A program made the position numbers and the translations under genes. The notes beneath the pieces are model-generated. The model searched no databases and was not told the DNA's origin. It worked only from the letters and a program-made list of their open reading frames with translations. From the NCBI GenBank assembly GCA_963768855.1, contig CAVYJM010000006.1:896001-960000 (forward strand): a DNA stretch of 64,000 bases, read 5' to 3'. Below are positions 54,843 through 62,926 of the stretch, piece after piece; position 1 is the stretch's first letter, and every line of letters begins with the position of its first letter. This stretch comes from an uncultured Thermoplasmata archaeon. GTDB lineage: Archaea > Thermoplasmatota > Thermoplasmata > RBG-16-68-12.

Positions 54843-54951
54843 GTATGACGAGGGTCACACCGTCCTTCCCCGCATGATTTTGGCGTGTTGTCTGACGGTA
54901 TCCGGGGGGTCTTTATAAATACGTTTTGTCAAGCGTCATACGACGTATGAC
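54843..54951. promoter_or_regulatory. Promoter of the RHH-ftsZ operon with GTCATAC/GTATGAC half-sites
   Basis: TTTATAAAT (54912-54920); perfect GTCATAC-GAC-GTATGAC (54935-54951); GTATGAC-N4-GTCACAC (54843-54860). Confidence 0.55.
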
Positions 54952-55110
54952 AAGTTCTCCATCCGTTCCGGAACGGGGGCGGAATCGGGGACGCGGATTT
55001 TTATCGGACATACCCGATGCAAAACGGTCCCGACGCGCGAGTCCCGCCGTGCGCTCCGGACACCGCGGCGGCTACGAAAAGCTTTACGACGGGCGTCCGT
55101 TCAGGCGCGC

Positions 55111-58100
55111 GTGGCGAAGCGGTCGAGGGGCACGCCATCGCGTCGGCGGCCTCGCCCGGCGAGGCGAAAGGGGGCCCGTCCGCGGAAGGACCGGACCCGG
55201 GCGCGCGTCCCCGTGACGAAGCGATCGAAGAAGGCGCCCAAGCCGCGTCGCACGACGCTTCCTCGTCGTCCGTCGAAACGAACGCGGGTGCGCGCTCGCG
55301 CACGCCCTGTCACACGAAAGGTGCGTCGGAGGAGTCCGCGGCGCACATCCGGGAAGATCGCGCCCCCTGCCCGCCCCCGTCGCCGGGTCGCGCCTGTGGC
55401 GCATCCGAGGGACCTCGATTTCCGCTCAATTGAGCAGAAATGGCAGGACGCATGGTCCCAGGCGGGGCTCTTCGAGGCGACCGCCGCACCCGGGAAGCCG
55501 AAGTGGTACTCCAACGTCCCGTACCCCTACATGTCGGGGTACCAGCACATGGGGTTCGGGGTCTCCTTCCTTCGGGCCGAGTTCCAGTCGCGCTTCCGGC
55601 GGATGCGGGGGTACAACGTCCTCCATCCGCAGGCGTTCCACTGCACGGGCCTGCCCATCCTCGGCGCCGCAAAGCGGGTGGCGGAGGGAGAGCCCGGGCA
55701 ATTGAAGATCCTCGAGCAGATGGGCGTGCCCGCTTCTGAGGTCCCCGCGTTCGCGGACCCCCTGCACTGGATCGAGGTCTTCCCGCAGGCCACGATCGAG
55801 GACCTGAAGGGCCTCGGCGCCGCCGTGGACTGGCGGCGGTCGTTCATCACGACCGAGCTGAACCCGCCGTACGACGCGTTCGTTCGCTGGCAGTTCCGCC
55901 GCCTCCGGGACGGGGGCTACGTGAAGATCGACAAGCACCCCGTGATCTGGTGCCCCAAGGACCAGGCCCCCATCGGGGACCACGACCGACTCGAGGGCGA
56001 GGGCGTCACGCCCCAGGCGTTCACCCTCCTCAAATTCCCCCTCGCCGATGGACGCATCCTCGTCGCGGCGACCATCCGCCCCGAGACGGTCTTCGGCCAG
56101 ACGAACATCTGGGTGGACCCCGCAGCCGAGTACCTGGTCGCCGCGGTGGACGGGGAGCGCTGGATTCTGAACGAGTCGGCCGCGGCGAAGCTGGGGGAGC
56201 AGGGAAAGAAGGTCACCCGCGAGGCAACCTTGCGCGGCGCCGACCTGGTGGGCCAGGAGGGCATCGCACCCATGATCAACCGCGCGGTCCCCGTGCTCCC
56301 CGGCGCATTCATCGACCAGGGCCGGGGGACGGGCATCGTGACGAGCGTCCCCTCCGATGCGCCCGACGACTATGTCGCGCTGCGGGAGGTGCAGGGGGAC
56401 GACGCGCTCCTCGAGCGATACGGGCTCGACAAGGACCGCATCCGGTCGATCGAGCCCTTCCCGATCATCAAGACTCCGGGCTGGGGCCCCCTCCCCGCGA
56501 AGGAGATCGTCGAGCGCATGGGGATCACGAGCCAGCGGGACAAGGACCGCCTCGCCGCGGCGAAGGCGGAGGTCTACAAGTCCGGGTTCTACCAAGGGGT
56601 CATGAACGAGCAGTGCGGCTCCTACGCCGGCATGCGCGTCGAGATCGCGAAGGAGGAGATCCGCAAGGAGCTCCTGGCGAACCGCCTCGCGGACACGATG
56701 TACGAGCCGAGCGCCGAGGTCGTATGCCGTTGTACGACGCGCGCGATCGTGAAGGTCGTCGAGGACCAGTGGTTCCTTGCCTACGGCGACGCGGCCTGGA
56801 AGACGAGGGCCCACGAGGGCCTCGCGAAGATGACCCTCTACCCGGACTCGATCCGGAAGCAGTTCGACTACGTGATCGACTGGCTCCAGGACTGGGCTTG
56901 CTCGCACCACAAAGGCCTCGGGACGAAGCTCCCCTGGGACGACCACTGGGTCATCGAATCCCTGTCCGACTCCACGATCTACATGGCGTACTACACGATC
57001 GCCCACGTGCTCCAGGGCGGCAAGCTGCGGAGCGAGGTGCCCTGGGCGGCCCGCCTCGACGACGCGTTCTTCGACTACGTGTTCCTGGGCCTCGGAGACG
57101 CGGCGTCCGTCGCCTCGCGTCTCGGCCTCGCCGCAGAGGACGTCGACCGCCTGCGGGGGGAATTCACGTACTGGTACCCCTTCGAGCTTCGCAACACCGG
57201 CAAGGACCTTCTCCAGAATCACATGACCTTCTGCCTGTTCAACCACGTCGCGGTCTTCCCGCCCGAACTCTGGCCCCGCGGCTTCGGCGTCAACGGGTGG
57301 GTCCTCATGGCGGGCATGAAGATGTCCAAGTCCAAGGGGAATACGGTCTACATCCGGGACGCCCTGAAGGACTGGGGGGCGGACACGGTCCGCGCGACCG
57401 TCGCGAACGCCGGGGACGGCGTGGACGACCCGAACCTGGAGAAGGAGTTCGCCGCGTCGATCCGCGCCCGCCTGCGGGACTGGCATGCCTACGCGACCGG
57501 ACCGCATGAGACGAGGTCGGAGCGCCGGACGATCGACGCTTGGTTCCTGTCCGTCCTCAACCGGACGATCGCGTCGACGACCGCGGCCATGGAATCCATG
57601 AGCTACAAGGCCGCTCTCCGGATCGGATACTTCGACCTCCAGGCCGCCTGGTCCTGGTATCTGCGGCGGTGCGGCGGGCGGCCCCACGCGGAGGTCCTGA
57701 CGCGGTTCCTCGAGGTCCAGACCAAGATCCTGGCGCCGTTCACGCCCCACGTCTGCGAGGAGATCTGGCAGCGGATGGGTCGGGAGGGGTTCGTTTCCAG
57801 CGCGGTCTACCCGACGCCCGACGCTCCCGAGATCGATCCCGCGGCCGAGGCCGCGGAGGCCCTCCTTCAATCCACCCTCGGGGATGTGCGCGAGATCCTC
57901 AAGGTCACGGGGCTCAAGCCGCGGCGGATCGCCCTGTACGTCGCGCCCGCGTGGAAGGCGCGCGTGCGCGCCCTCGCGATCGAGCTCGCGCGCGCGGGGC
58001 CCGTTCCCATGAACGTGCTGATGGAGACCGTCCTCGCGGAACCCGGCATGCGGGAACGGGCTCGCGACGTCGCCGCCTATGCGAAGCGGGTCGCGGACGA

Positions 58101-58302
58101 CCTGCGGCGGACGAAACCGGACGACGCGGCCCGCCTGGCCGTGGCGGACGAGCTGTCCATGTTCTCGGAGAACGCGGACTTCGCGCGGGCCGAGCTCCGT
58201 TGCCGAGTCGATGTCTTCCGCGCCGACGACGCGGCGCGCTGGGATCCCGCGAAGAAGGCGGAGCACGCCGTGCCGGGACGACCCGCCATCTACGTGGAGT
58301 GA
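55111..58302 (+). CDS. leuS: Leucyl-tRNA synthetase with a 95-aa polybasic N-terminal extension (alternative start 55396)
   Basis: IEQKWQ, HMGF at the HIGH position, CP1 TIRPET and GTGIVTSVPSDAPDD, GKDL, KMSKS. Confidence 0.93.
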   Translation: MAKRSRGTPSRRRPRPARRKGARPRKDRTRARVPVTKRSKKAPKPRRTTLPRRPSKRTRVRARARPVTRKVRRRSPRRTSGKIAPPARPRRRVAPVAHPRDLDFRSIEQKWQDAWSQAGLFEATAAPGKPKWYSNVPYPYMSGYQHMGFGVSFLRAEFQSRFRRMRGYNVLHPQAFHCTGLPILGAAKRVAEGEPGQLKILEQMGVPASEVPAFADPLHWIEVFPQATIEDLKGLGAAVDWRRSFITTELNPPYDAFVRWQFRRLRDGGYVKIDKHPVIWCPKDQAPIGDHDRLEGEGVTPQAFTLLKFPLADGRILVAATIRPETVFGQTNIWVDPAAEYLVAAVDGERWILNESAAAKLGEQGKKVTREATLRGADLVGQEGIAPMINRAVPVLPGAFIDQGRGTGIVTSVPSDAPDDYVALREVQGDDALLERYGLDKDRIRSIEPFPIIKTPGWGPLPAKEIVERMGITSQRDKDRLAAAKAEVYKSGFYQGVMNEQCGSYAGMRVEIAKEEIRKELLANRLADTMYEPSAEVVCRCTTRAIVKVVEDQWFLAYGDAAWKTRAHEGLAKMTLYPDSIRKQFDYVIDWLQDWACSHHKGLGTKLPWDDHWVIESLSDSTIYMAYYTIAHVLQGGKLRSEVPWAARLDDAFFDYVFLGLGDAASVASRLGLAAEDVDRLRGEFTYWYPFELRNTGKDLLQNHMTFCLFNHVAVFPPELWPRGFGVNGWVLMAGMKMSKSKGNTVYIRDALKDWGADTVRATVANAGDGVDDPNLEKEFAASIRARLRDWHAYATGPHETRSERRTIDAWFLSVLNRTIASTTAAMESMSYKAALRIGYFDLQAAWSWYLRRCGGRPHAEVLTRFLEVQTKILAPFTPHVCEEIWQRMGREGFVSSAVYPTPDAPEIDPAAEAAEALLQSTLGDVREILKVTGLKPRRIALYVAPAWKARVRALAIELARAGPVPMNVLMETVLAEPGMRERARDVAAYAKRVADDLRRTKPDDAARLAVADELSMFSENADFARAELRCRVDVFRADDAARWDPAKKAEHAVPGRPAIYVE

Positions 58303-58307
58303 GCCCC

Positions 58308-58802
58308 GTGAAGATCCCCAAGGCGACGGAACCGGAGGCTCCCCCGTTCAAGCGCAAGCGCGGACCGCCGCCGCAGGCCACGAAGCTCCTCATCGCCTCG
58401 CTGGGCGCGGGGCTCGTGTTCATGGCCCTCCTGGCCATCGTCTTCGTCCCGCGCTACCTGGAGAACCTGAACCCGGCGCCGTCCACGCTCCTCACGCTCC
58501 AGCTGAACACGACCGCGGGAGCGCCCCGGATCGACGTGACGTTTGCCCTGTATGACCTCGACCTGTCCAAGTTCAACGCATCCCTGACGCGCGACAACGG
58601 GACGATCGCCTCCCTTCCTGCCGGCCTCGGCGGGACAGATGCCGGCTTGAACTTCACGGACACGAACCGGGACGGCAAGCTGGACGCGGGCGACTTCTTC
58701 ACGCTTCCCGCGGGACCCCAGGCCAACTACCGCTTCGAGGTCTGGCAGGTCGACGTGGACCATCGCGTCGGGCTCCTCGCGTGGACGGGCGCTCCCGGGT
58801 GA
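58308..58802 (+). CDS. Membrane-anchored surface protein with a DxNxDG Ca-binding-like loop
   Basis: Basic N-terminus, one TM helix, FTDTNRDGKLDAGD. Confidence 0.7.
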   Translation: MKIPKATEPEAPPFKRKRGPPPQATKLLIASLGAGLVFMALLAIVFVPRYLENLNPAPSTLLTLQLNTTAGAPRIDVTFALYDLDLSKFNASLTRDNGTIASLPAGLGGTDAGLNFTDTNRDGKLDAGDFFTLPAGPQANYRFEVWQVDVDHRVGLLAWTGAPG

Positions 58803-58851
58803 GGTCGCCCGTCGGAATCCTTATCTAACGGCGCACATTAGGCCGCGCCGC

Positions 58852-58987
58852 GGGCCTGTAGCTTAGCTAGGTAGAGCGATCGGCTCTTATCGCCGCGCCT
58901 GTCGGACCGTCGAGAGACACCGATAGGTCAAGGGTTCGAACCGGCTGCGGGCATCTCCCCGCCGCCCCGGAAATCCCTTCAGGCCCG
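58852..58987 (+). tRNA. tRNA-Lys(CTT) with two introns: 37/38 (58890-58918, 29 nt) and T-loop 59/60 (58941-58973, 33 nt)
   Basis: GGGCCTG/CAGGCCC-G acceptor stem, ATCGG/CCGAT anticodon stem, AAGGG/CCCTT T stem; spliced length 74 nt; CCTTATCTAA TATA-like element upstream and T-tract downstream. Confidence 0.92.
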
Positions 58988-59082
58988 CTCTCCTTTTGTC
59001 GCCGGGAACTGCCCGCCCTCGCCATGAGGCAACTCTCAAGAACGCAGAAGGCCATGAGACGGGCGGTCGTGGAGGGTTGGAC

Positions 59083-59288
59083 TTGAGCGCATCCGTTTCG
59101 GAGAACGCCTGCCTTCGCTGCGGTGGGCGGCTGCAATCGATGGGGTCGAACAGTTCCGGGTGGGGGGCACGAGCGGCGGCTGGAAGCTCTTGTTCGGGGA
59201 GTGGGCCGAGCTGGGCGAGCAGATGCTGCCTCTCGAGCTCCTCGCCTGCGGAAGCTGCCGGCGGGTCGAGGTCCGCGCGCCGCGGTGA
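59083..59288 (+). pseudogene. Zn-ribbon microprotein with a one-base deletion in a G run (59142-59145)
   Basis: Adding one G gives CLRCGGRLQSMGVEQFRVGGTSGGWKLLFGEWAELGEQMLPLELLACGSCRRVEVR; span 206 nt = 3n-1. Confidence 0.7.
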
Positions 59289-59298
59289 CGGCGTCGGG

Positions 59299-59649
59299 TC
59301 AGGAAAGCCGCCGGCCACAGTACGGGCACAGAAGGGAATCGGACAGGATGCCCCGGCCGCAAGCGGGACAGGTGCCGAAACCGCCGGGCGCAGCCCGGGC
59401 GCGAACGGTTGCAGAATGGGCAGCGATGAAGATGATCGCCGCGACCACTACGCCGGAGAGGATCGTAATCCCGGCGTCCGGGCGGAATCCGCCGGTCGTC
59501 CAGTCGAACGAGAGGATCACGCTGAGCCCGACGATGAAGGACACGATCGTCATCACCATGCTCGCCCTCTGCTCGGCGCCGCGGATCGATCGCGGCCGGG
59601 TCGTCATCCCCGTCTGCCGCGACGGCAAGGGCGCGCTCGGTCCCGACAT
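59299..59649 (-). CDS. Two-TM protein with C-terminal double zinc ribbon
   Basis: Two TM helices, CPACG...CPYCG. Confidence 0.75.
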   Translation of the reverse strand: MSGPSAPLPSRQTGMTTRPRSIRGAEQRASMVMTIVSFIVGLSVILSFDWTTGGFRPDAGITILSGVVVAAIIFIAAHSATVRARAAPGGFGTCPACGRGILSDSLLCPYCGRRLS

Positions 59650-59745
59650 CCCCCTCACCCAGGCGTGCATCACCGGGAGTCCACTTAGCGCTTCGCATTC
59701 CCCGCGAAGCTTCATCTGGGCCGGGGCCATGGCCGGCGCACCACC

Positions 59746-60513
59746 ATGGCGAGGAACTTGTATTTCATCGGCACCGCGGGCAGCGGCAAGTCGACGATGG
59801 TCTACGCGTTCCAGCTCTGGATGAACTCCCAAGGCCTCGACTGCGTGACCGTGAACCTGGACCCCGGGGCGGAGACGCTCGGCTACACAGCGGACATCGA
59901 CGTCCGCGATTGGGTCGACCTCGGGAAGCTGATGGAGGAGCAGGACCTCGGCCCGAACGGCGCGCAGGTCGCGGCGGCGGACATGCTCGCCCTGAACGCG
60001 AAGGAGATCGCGGATGTCCTGGAGACCTTCGAGACGAACTACTTCCTGATCGACACGCCTGGGCAGATCGAGCTCTTCACCTTCCGCTCCTCCGGTCCCG
60101 CCATCATCGACGCCTTCGGCCGCGAGGATTCCGCGTTCATCTACCTGAACGACCCGAACCTCGTGCGCACCGCCTCGGGATTCGTGTCCGCCGTCCTCCT
60201 GAGCGCGATCGTCCAGTTCCGCCACTCGCTGCCGTTCATCAATGTGCTGAGCAAGGCGGACCTCCTTCCCGAGGGCGAGCTCGAGCAGGTCGTGAAGTGG
60301 TCCCTGGACCCGTTCGCCCTCTACGAGGCTCTGTTCGCGGACGCGGCCACGCCGAAGACCCTCCTCGACGTCGAGTTCCTCAAGAGCATGGAGACGATCG
60401 GCGTGTACCGTCGGCTGCACCCCGTCTCCTCGGAGCTGACCTTCGGATTCGAGGAGATCTACAATCAGGTGCAGCAGGTGTTCGAGGGCGGCGAGGACCT
60501 GAGCAAGGACTGA
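59746..60513 (+). CDS. GPN-loop GTPase
   Basis: GTAGSGKST, VNLDPG, LGPNG, DTPGQIE, SKAD. Confidence 0.95.
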   Translation: MARNLYFIGTAGSGKSTMVYAFQLWMNSQGLDCVTVNLDPGAETLGYTADIDVRDWVDLGKLMEEQDLGPNGAQVAAADMLALNAKEIADVLETFETNYFLIDTPGQIELFTFRSSGPAIIDAFGREDSAFIYLNDPNLVRTASGFVSAVLLSAIVQFRHSLPFINVLSKADLLPEGELEQVVKWSLDPFALYEALFADAATPKTLLDVEFLKSMETIGVYRRLHPVSSELTFGFEEIYNQVQQVFEGGEDLSKD

Positions 60514-60551
60514 GATCCACTTCATCGATCGCCGCGGGCCTTCCGGCCGTA

Positions 60552-61739
60552 TCACACGAGGAGGCCTTTGAACCCCTGGAGGGCGTCGGGGCACCGTTCG
60601 AGGACGACCTGCACGATCGCCTTCGCGCTGATGTCCTTGATTCCGGACTCCGCGACCGCGCGGACGATCCGGTTCATCGAGGCGTCGTCCGTCCTCTGGA
60701 GGCCCTCTTTGATCAGGTAGTGCCGGGCCAGCTCCTCCTCCATCCGCGCCCGCCATCGTCGCTCGTACCCGAGGAGGCCCGCCTCGCTCGGGTCCTTGGA
60801 CTGGACCGCCGCCGCGGCGGCCTCCCCGGCCCAGCGCCCGGAGAGGAGGCCGTTCAGGATTCCCGCACCCGAGATCGGATCGATGAGCCGGGCCGCATCT
60901 CCGGCGAGCATGAGTCCCGACGCCACGCTCTTGGCAACCGGAAGGGAGGCGCTCACGCCCCCGGCGACCTCCTCGATTACTTCGCCCCGCGCGAGCTCCG
61001 GATGGCGGGCGATGAAAGCGTCGAGGTAGTCCTTGACCTCCGCACGATCATGGAGCTTCGCGAGGCACGCACCGATCCCCACGTTCGCGAGGTCGTTCCC
61101 CTTCGAGAAGACCCAGGCGTAGCCTCCTGGGGCCTGCGTCCCAAGGTGGAAGTCGAACGTGTCCTTGTCGATGTCGACCCCCGCCAGGGTGTACTGGAGG
61201 CACGAGACGACGTCCCGCATCCGGAGGCGCGTCGTGAGGCCGGCCCAGCGGCCGATCTGGCTCTCGAACCCGTCCGCGCCGATGACCACCGTGGCTCGCA
61301 CGTCGAACGACTCGGCCATGTGCTGGCACCGCGCCCCGACAATGCGGCCGTCCTCCTGCAGTAGCTCTGTGGCGCTCGTCTTGATCCGAATCTCCGCGCC
61401 GGCCTTGGCCGCGTCCTTGGCCAGGAAGCGGTCGAAGAGGTCCCGTTCGACGACGTACCCGCTCTTCCCCGCCCCGAGGGAGTCGAACGAGATGCACGTG
61501 CCATCTGGGGAGAAGACGCGGGACCGGTTGACCTCGTGCGCGATGAAGCCGGGGCTTGCCTCGACCCCCGCCTCCGCGAGCCAGTGCTTCCCCACGCCTT
61601 CACCGCACCGGACGGGCGTGCCGATCTCCTGGCGCTTCTCGATCATCAGGGTGCGTGCGCCGCCGACTGCCGCGTATTTCGCGGCCATGCTGCCCGCCGG
61701 CCCGGCGCCCACGACGAGCACGTCCACATCGAGATCCAT
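60552..61739 (-). CDS. Digeranylgeranylglycerophospholipid reductase (GGR family)
   Basis: VVGAGPAGS, PVRCGEG, PGGYAWVF, LAGDAA...DPISGAG. Confidence 0.88.
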   Translation of the reverse strand: MDLDVDVLVVGAGPAGSMAAKYAAVGGARTLMIEKRQEIGTPVRCGEGVGKHWLAEAGVEASPGFIAHEVNRSRVFSPDGTCISFDSLGAGKSGYVVERDLFDRFLAKDAAKAGAEIRIKTSATELLQEDGRIVGARCQHMAESFDVRATVVIGADGFESQIGRWAGLTTRLRMRDVVSCLQYTLAGVDIDKDTFDFHLGTQAPGGYAWVFSKGNDLANVGIGACLAKLHDRAEVKDYLDAFIARHPELARGEVIEEVAGGVSASLPVAKSVASGLMLAGDAARLIDPISGAGILNGLLSGRWAGEAAAAAVQSKDPSEAGLLGYERRWRARMEEELARHYLIKEGLQRTDDASMNRIVRAVAESGIKDISAKAIVQVVLERCPDALQGFKGLLV

Positions 61740-61790
61740 GTCTGCCGCACAGAACGCGGGGCGGGGCATGAGGCTTTGGGGCGCGGACGG

Positions 61791-61828
61791 AAAAAAAGAG
61801 TGAGGGAGCGGGAGGGCGGACTCCCGCC
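61791..61828 (-). terminator. Hairpin plus T7 tract
   Basis: GCGGGAG/CTCCCGC stem followed by seven T on the minus strand. Confidence 0.65.
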
Positions 61829-61837
61829 CATGAGCGT

Positions 61838-62926
61838 TTAGTCGTCGAGGAGAACGAGCAGCGTCCCGGTCATCGTCTGGTGTCCGTCGCCGCAGGGGTT
61901 CGTGCAGTACCAAATGAAGGCGCCGGCCGTGGGAACCGTGAAGGTAATCAGGGTCGCCGTCGGCGTGATGTCCCCCGTGACGTTGTCCTGGCTTGCCGCC
62001 GGGAGGACTTGGTTCACTCCGATCGCGTCGATCGCGAACCCGTGGTCCATCGTATCCTCGTTGTACACCGTGATCTTGACCGTGTCTCCCGCATGCGCGA
62101 CGAGCTCATCCGGCACGAAGGAGTCCCAGCCCGCGCCGCGGAAGTCCGGGACGACGGTGACCTGGAGGCTGACCGTCGCCGGCACGTACCCGCTCGACTT
62201 GCCGACGCCTCCGGTGACGAGCAAGGCTACCGCGGCCCCCGAGAGGATCAGGGCCGAGATCGCCAGGTAGGCGACCGCTTTGTTCGCGTTCGCGGCTCCG
62301 GGGACACGTTTCTTGGACACGTTCTTGTCGGATTCTTGTTCTTCCATGCTCTCCGTCTCCTCTGACTCGAATGCGTCGTCCTCAGGTCGGGATCCCGCGC
62401 CCCGGATGCCGAGGATCAGATAGCCGATGAAGCCGTACGTCGCCCAGACTCCGCCGATCACGGCGACGATTACGAGCACGATGAGGCGGTCCGCGGGGAC
62501 TGCCGGGGGCGGCGGGGTGTACGCGGCGAGGACCGTGAGGGACAACGTCGTGTTGCTGGGGGCGTAACTCCCATCCCCGGCGTACGACACGACGATCGAA
62601 TACGTCCCGTTCGCTACGGGCGCGAATCGCACGCCGCCTTCGCCGAGGGCGTTCGTCGTGACGTTCCCGAGGAGGAGCCATCCGAAGGTCGTCTTCTCCG
62701 TGAAGCTGAGGTTGGCCCCGCCAACGGGCTGGCTCGTGGCCGTGTCCCGAATCGATGCGACGAGCGTGGTTTCGATTCCGGCGACGAGCGCAGACGGGGT
62801 CACGGCCTGGATGCTCGTCGGGTCCACCGCGGCAGGGGCGCTGGGCGCAGGCCCTGAGGCCGCGACGGCGGGTGCCGTCGCGAGGATGACGAGCAGGACG
62901 GCGGCCGCCACGAGGAGCGCCTTCAT
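61838..62926 (-). CDS. Signal peptide - Ig-like - 2TM - CuA-type cupredoxin protein
   Basis: DHGF...CTNPCGDGHQTM (CuA C-x3-C-x3-H-x2-M); ATGA overlap with the upstream nrfD-family gene. Confidence 0.8.
   Translation of the reverse strand: MKALLVAAAVLLVILATAPAVAASGPAPSAPAAVDPTSIQAVTPSALVAGIETTLVASIRDTATSQPVGGANLSFTEKTTFGWLLLGNVTTNALGEGGVRFAPVANGTYSIVVSYAGDGSYAPSNTTLSLTVLAAYTPPPPAVPADRLIVLVIVAVIGGVWATYGFIGYLILGIRGAGSRPEDDAFESEETESMEEQESDKNVSKKRVPGAANANKAVAYLAISALILSGAAVALLVTGGVGKSSGYVPATVSLQVTVVPDFRGAGWDSFVPDELVAHAGDTVKITVYNEDTMDHGFAIDAIGVNQVLPAASQDNVTGDITPTATLITFTVPTAGAFIWYCTNPCGDGHQTMTGTLLVLLDD

Noticed and set aside
58308-58802. Type IV pilin candidate
   Set aside because: The hydrophobic stretch starts too far from the KRG site for a class III signal peptide
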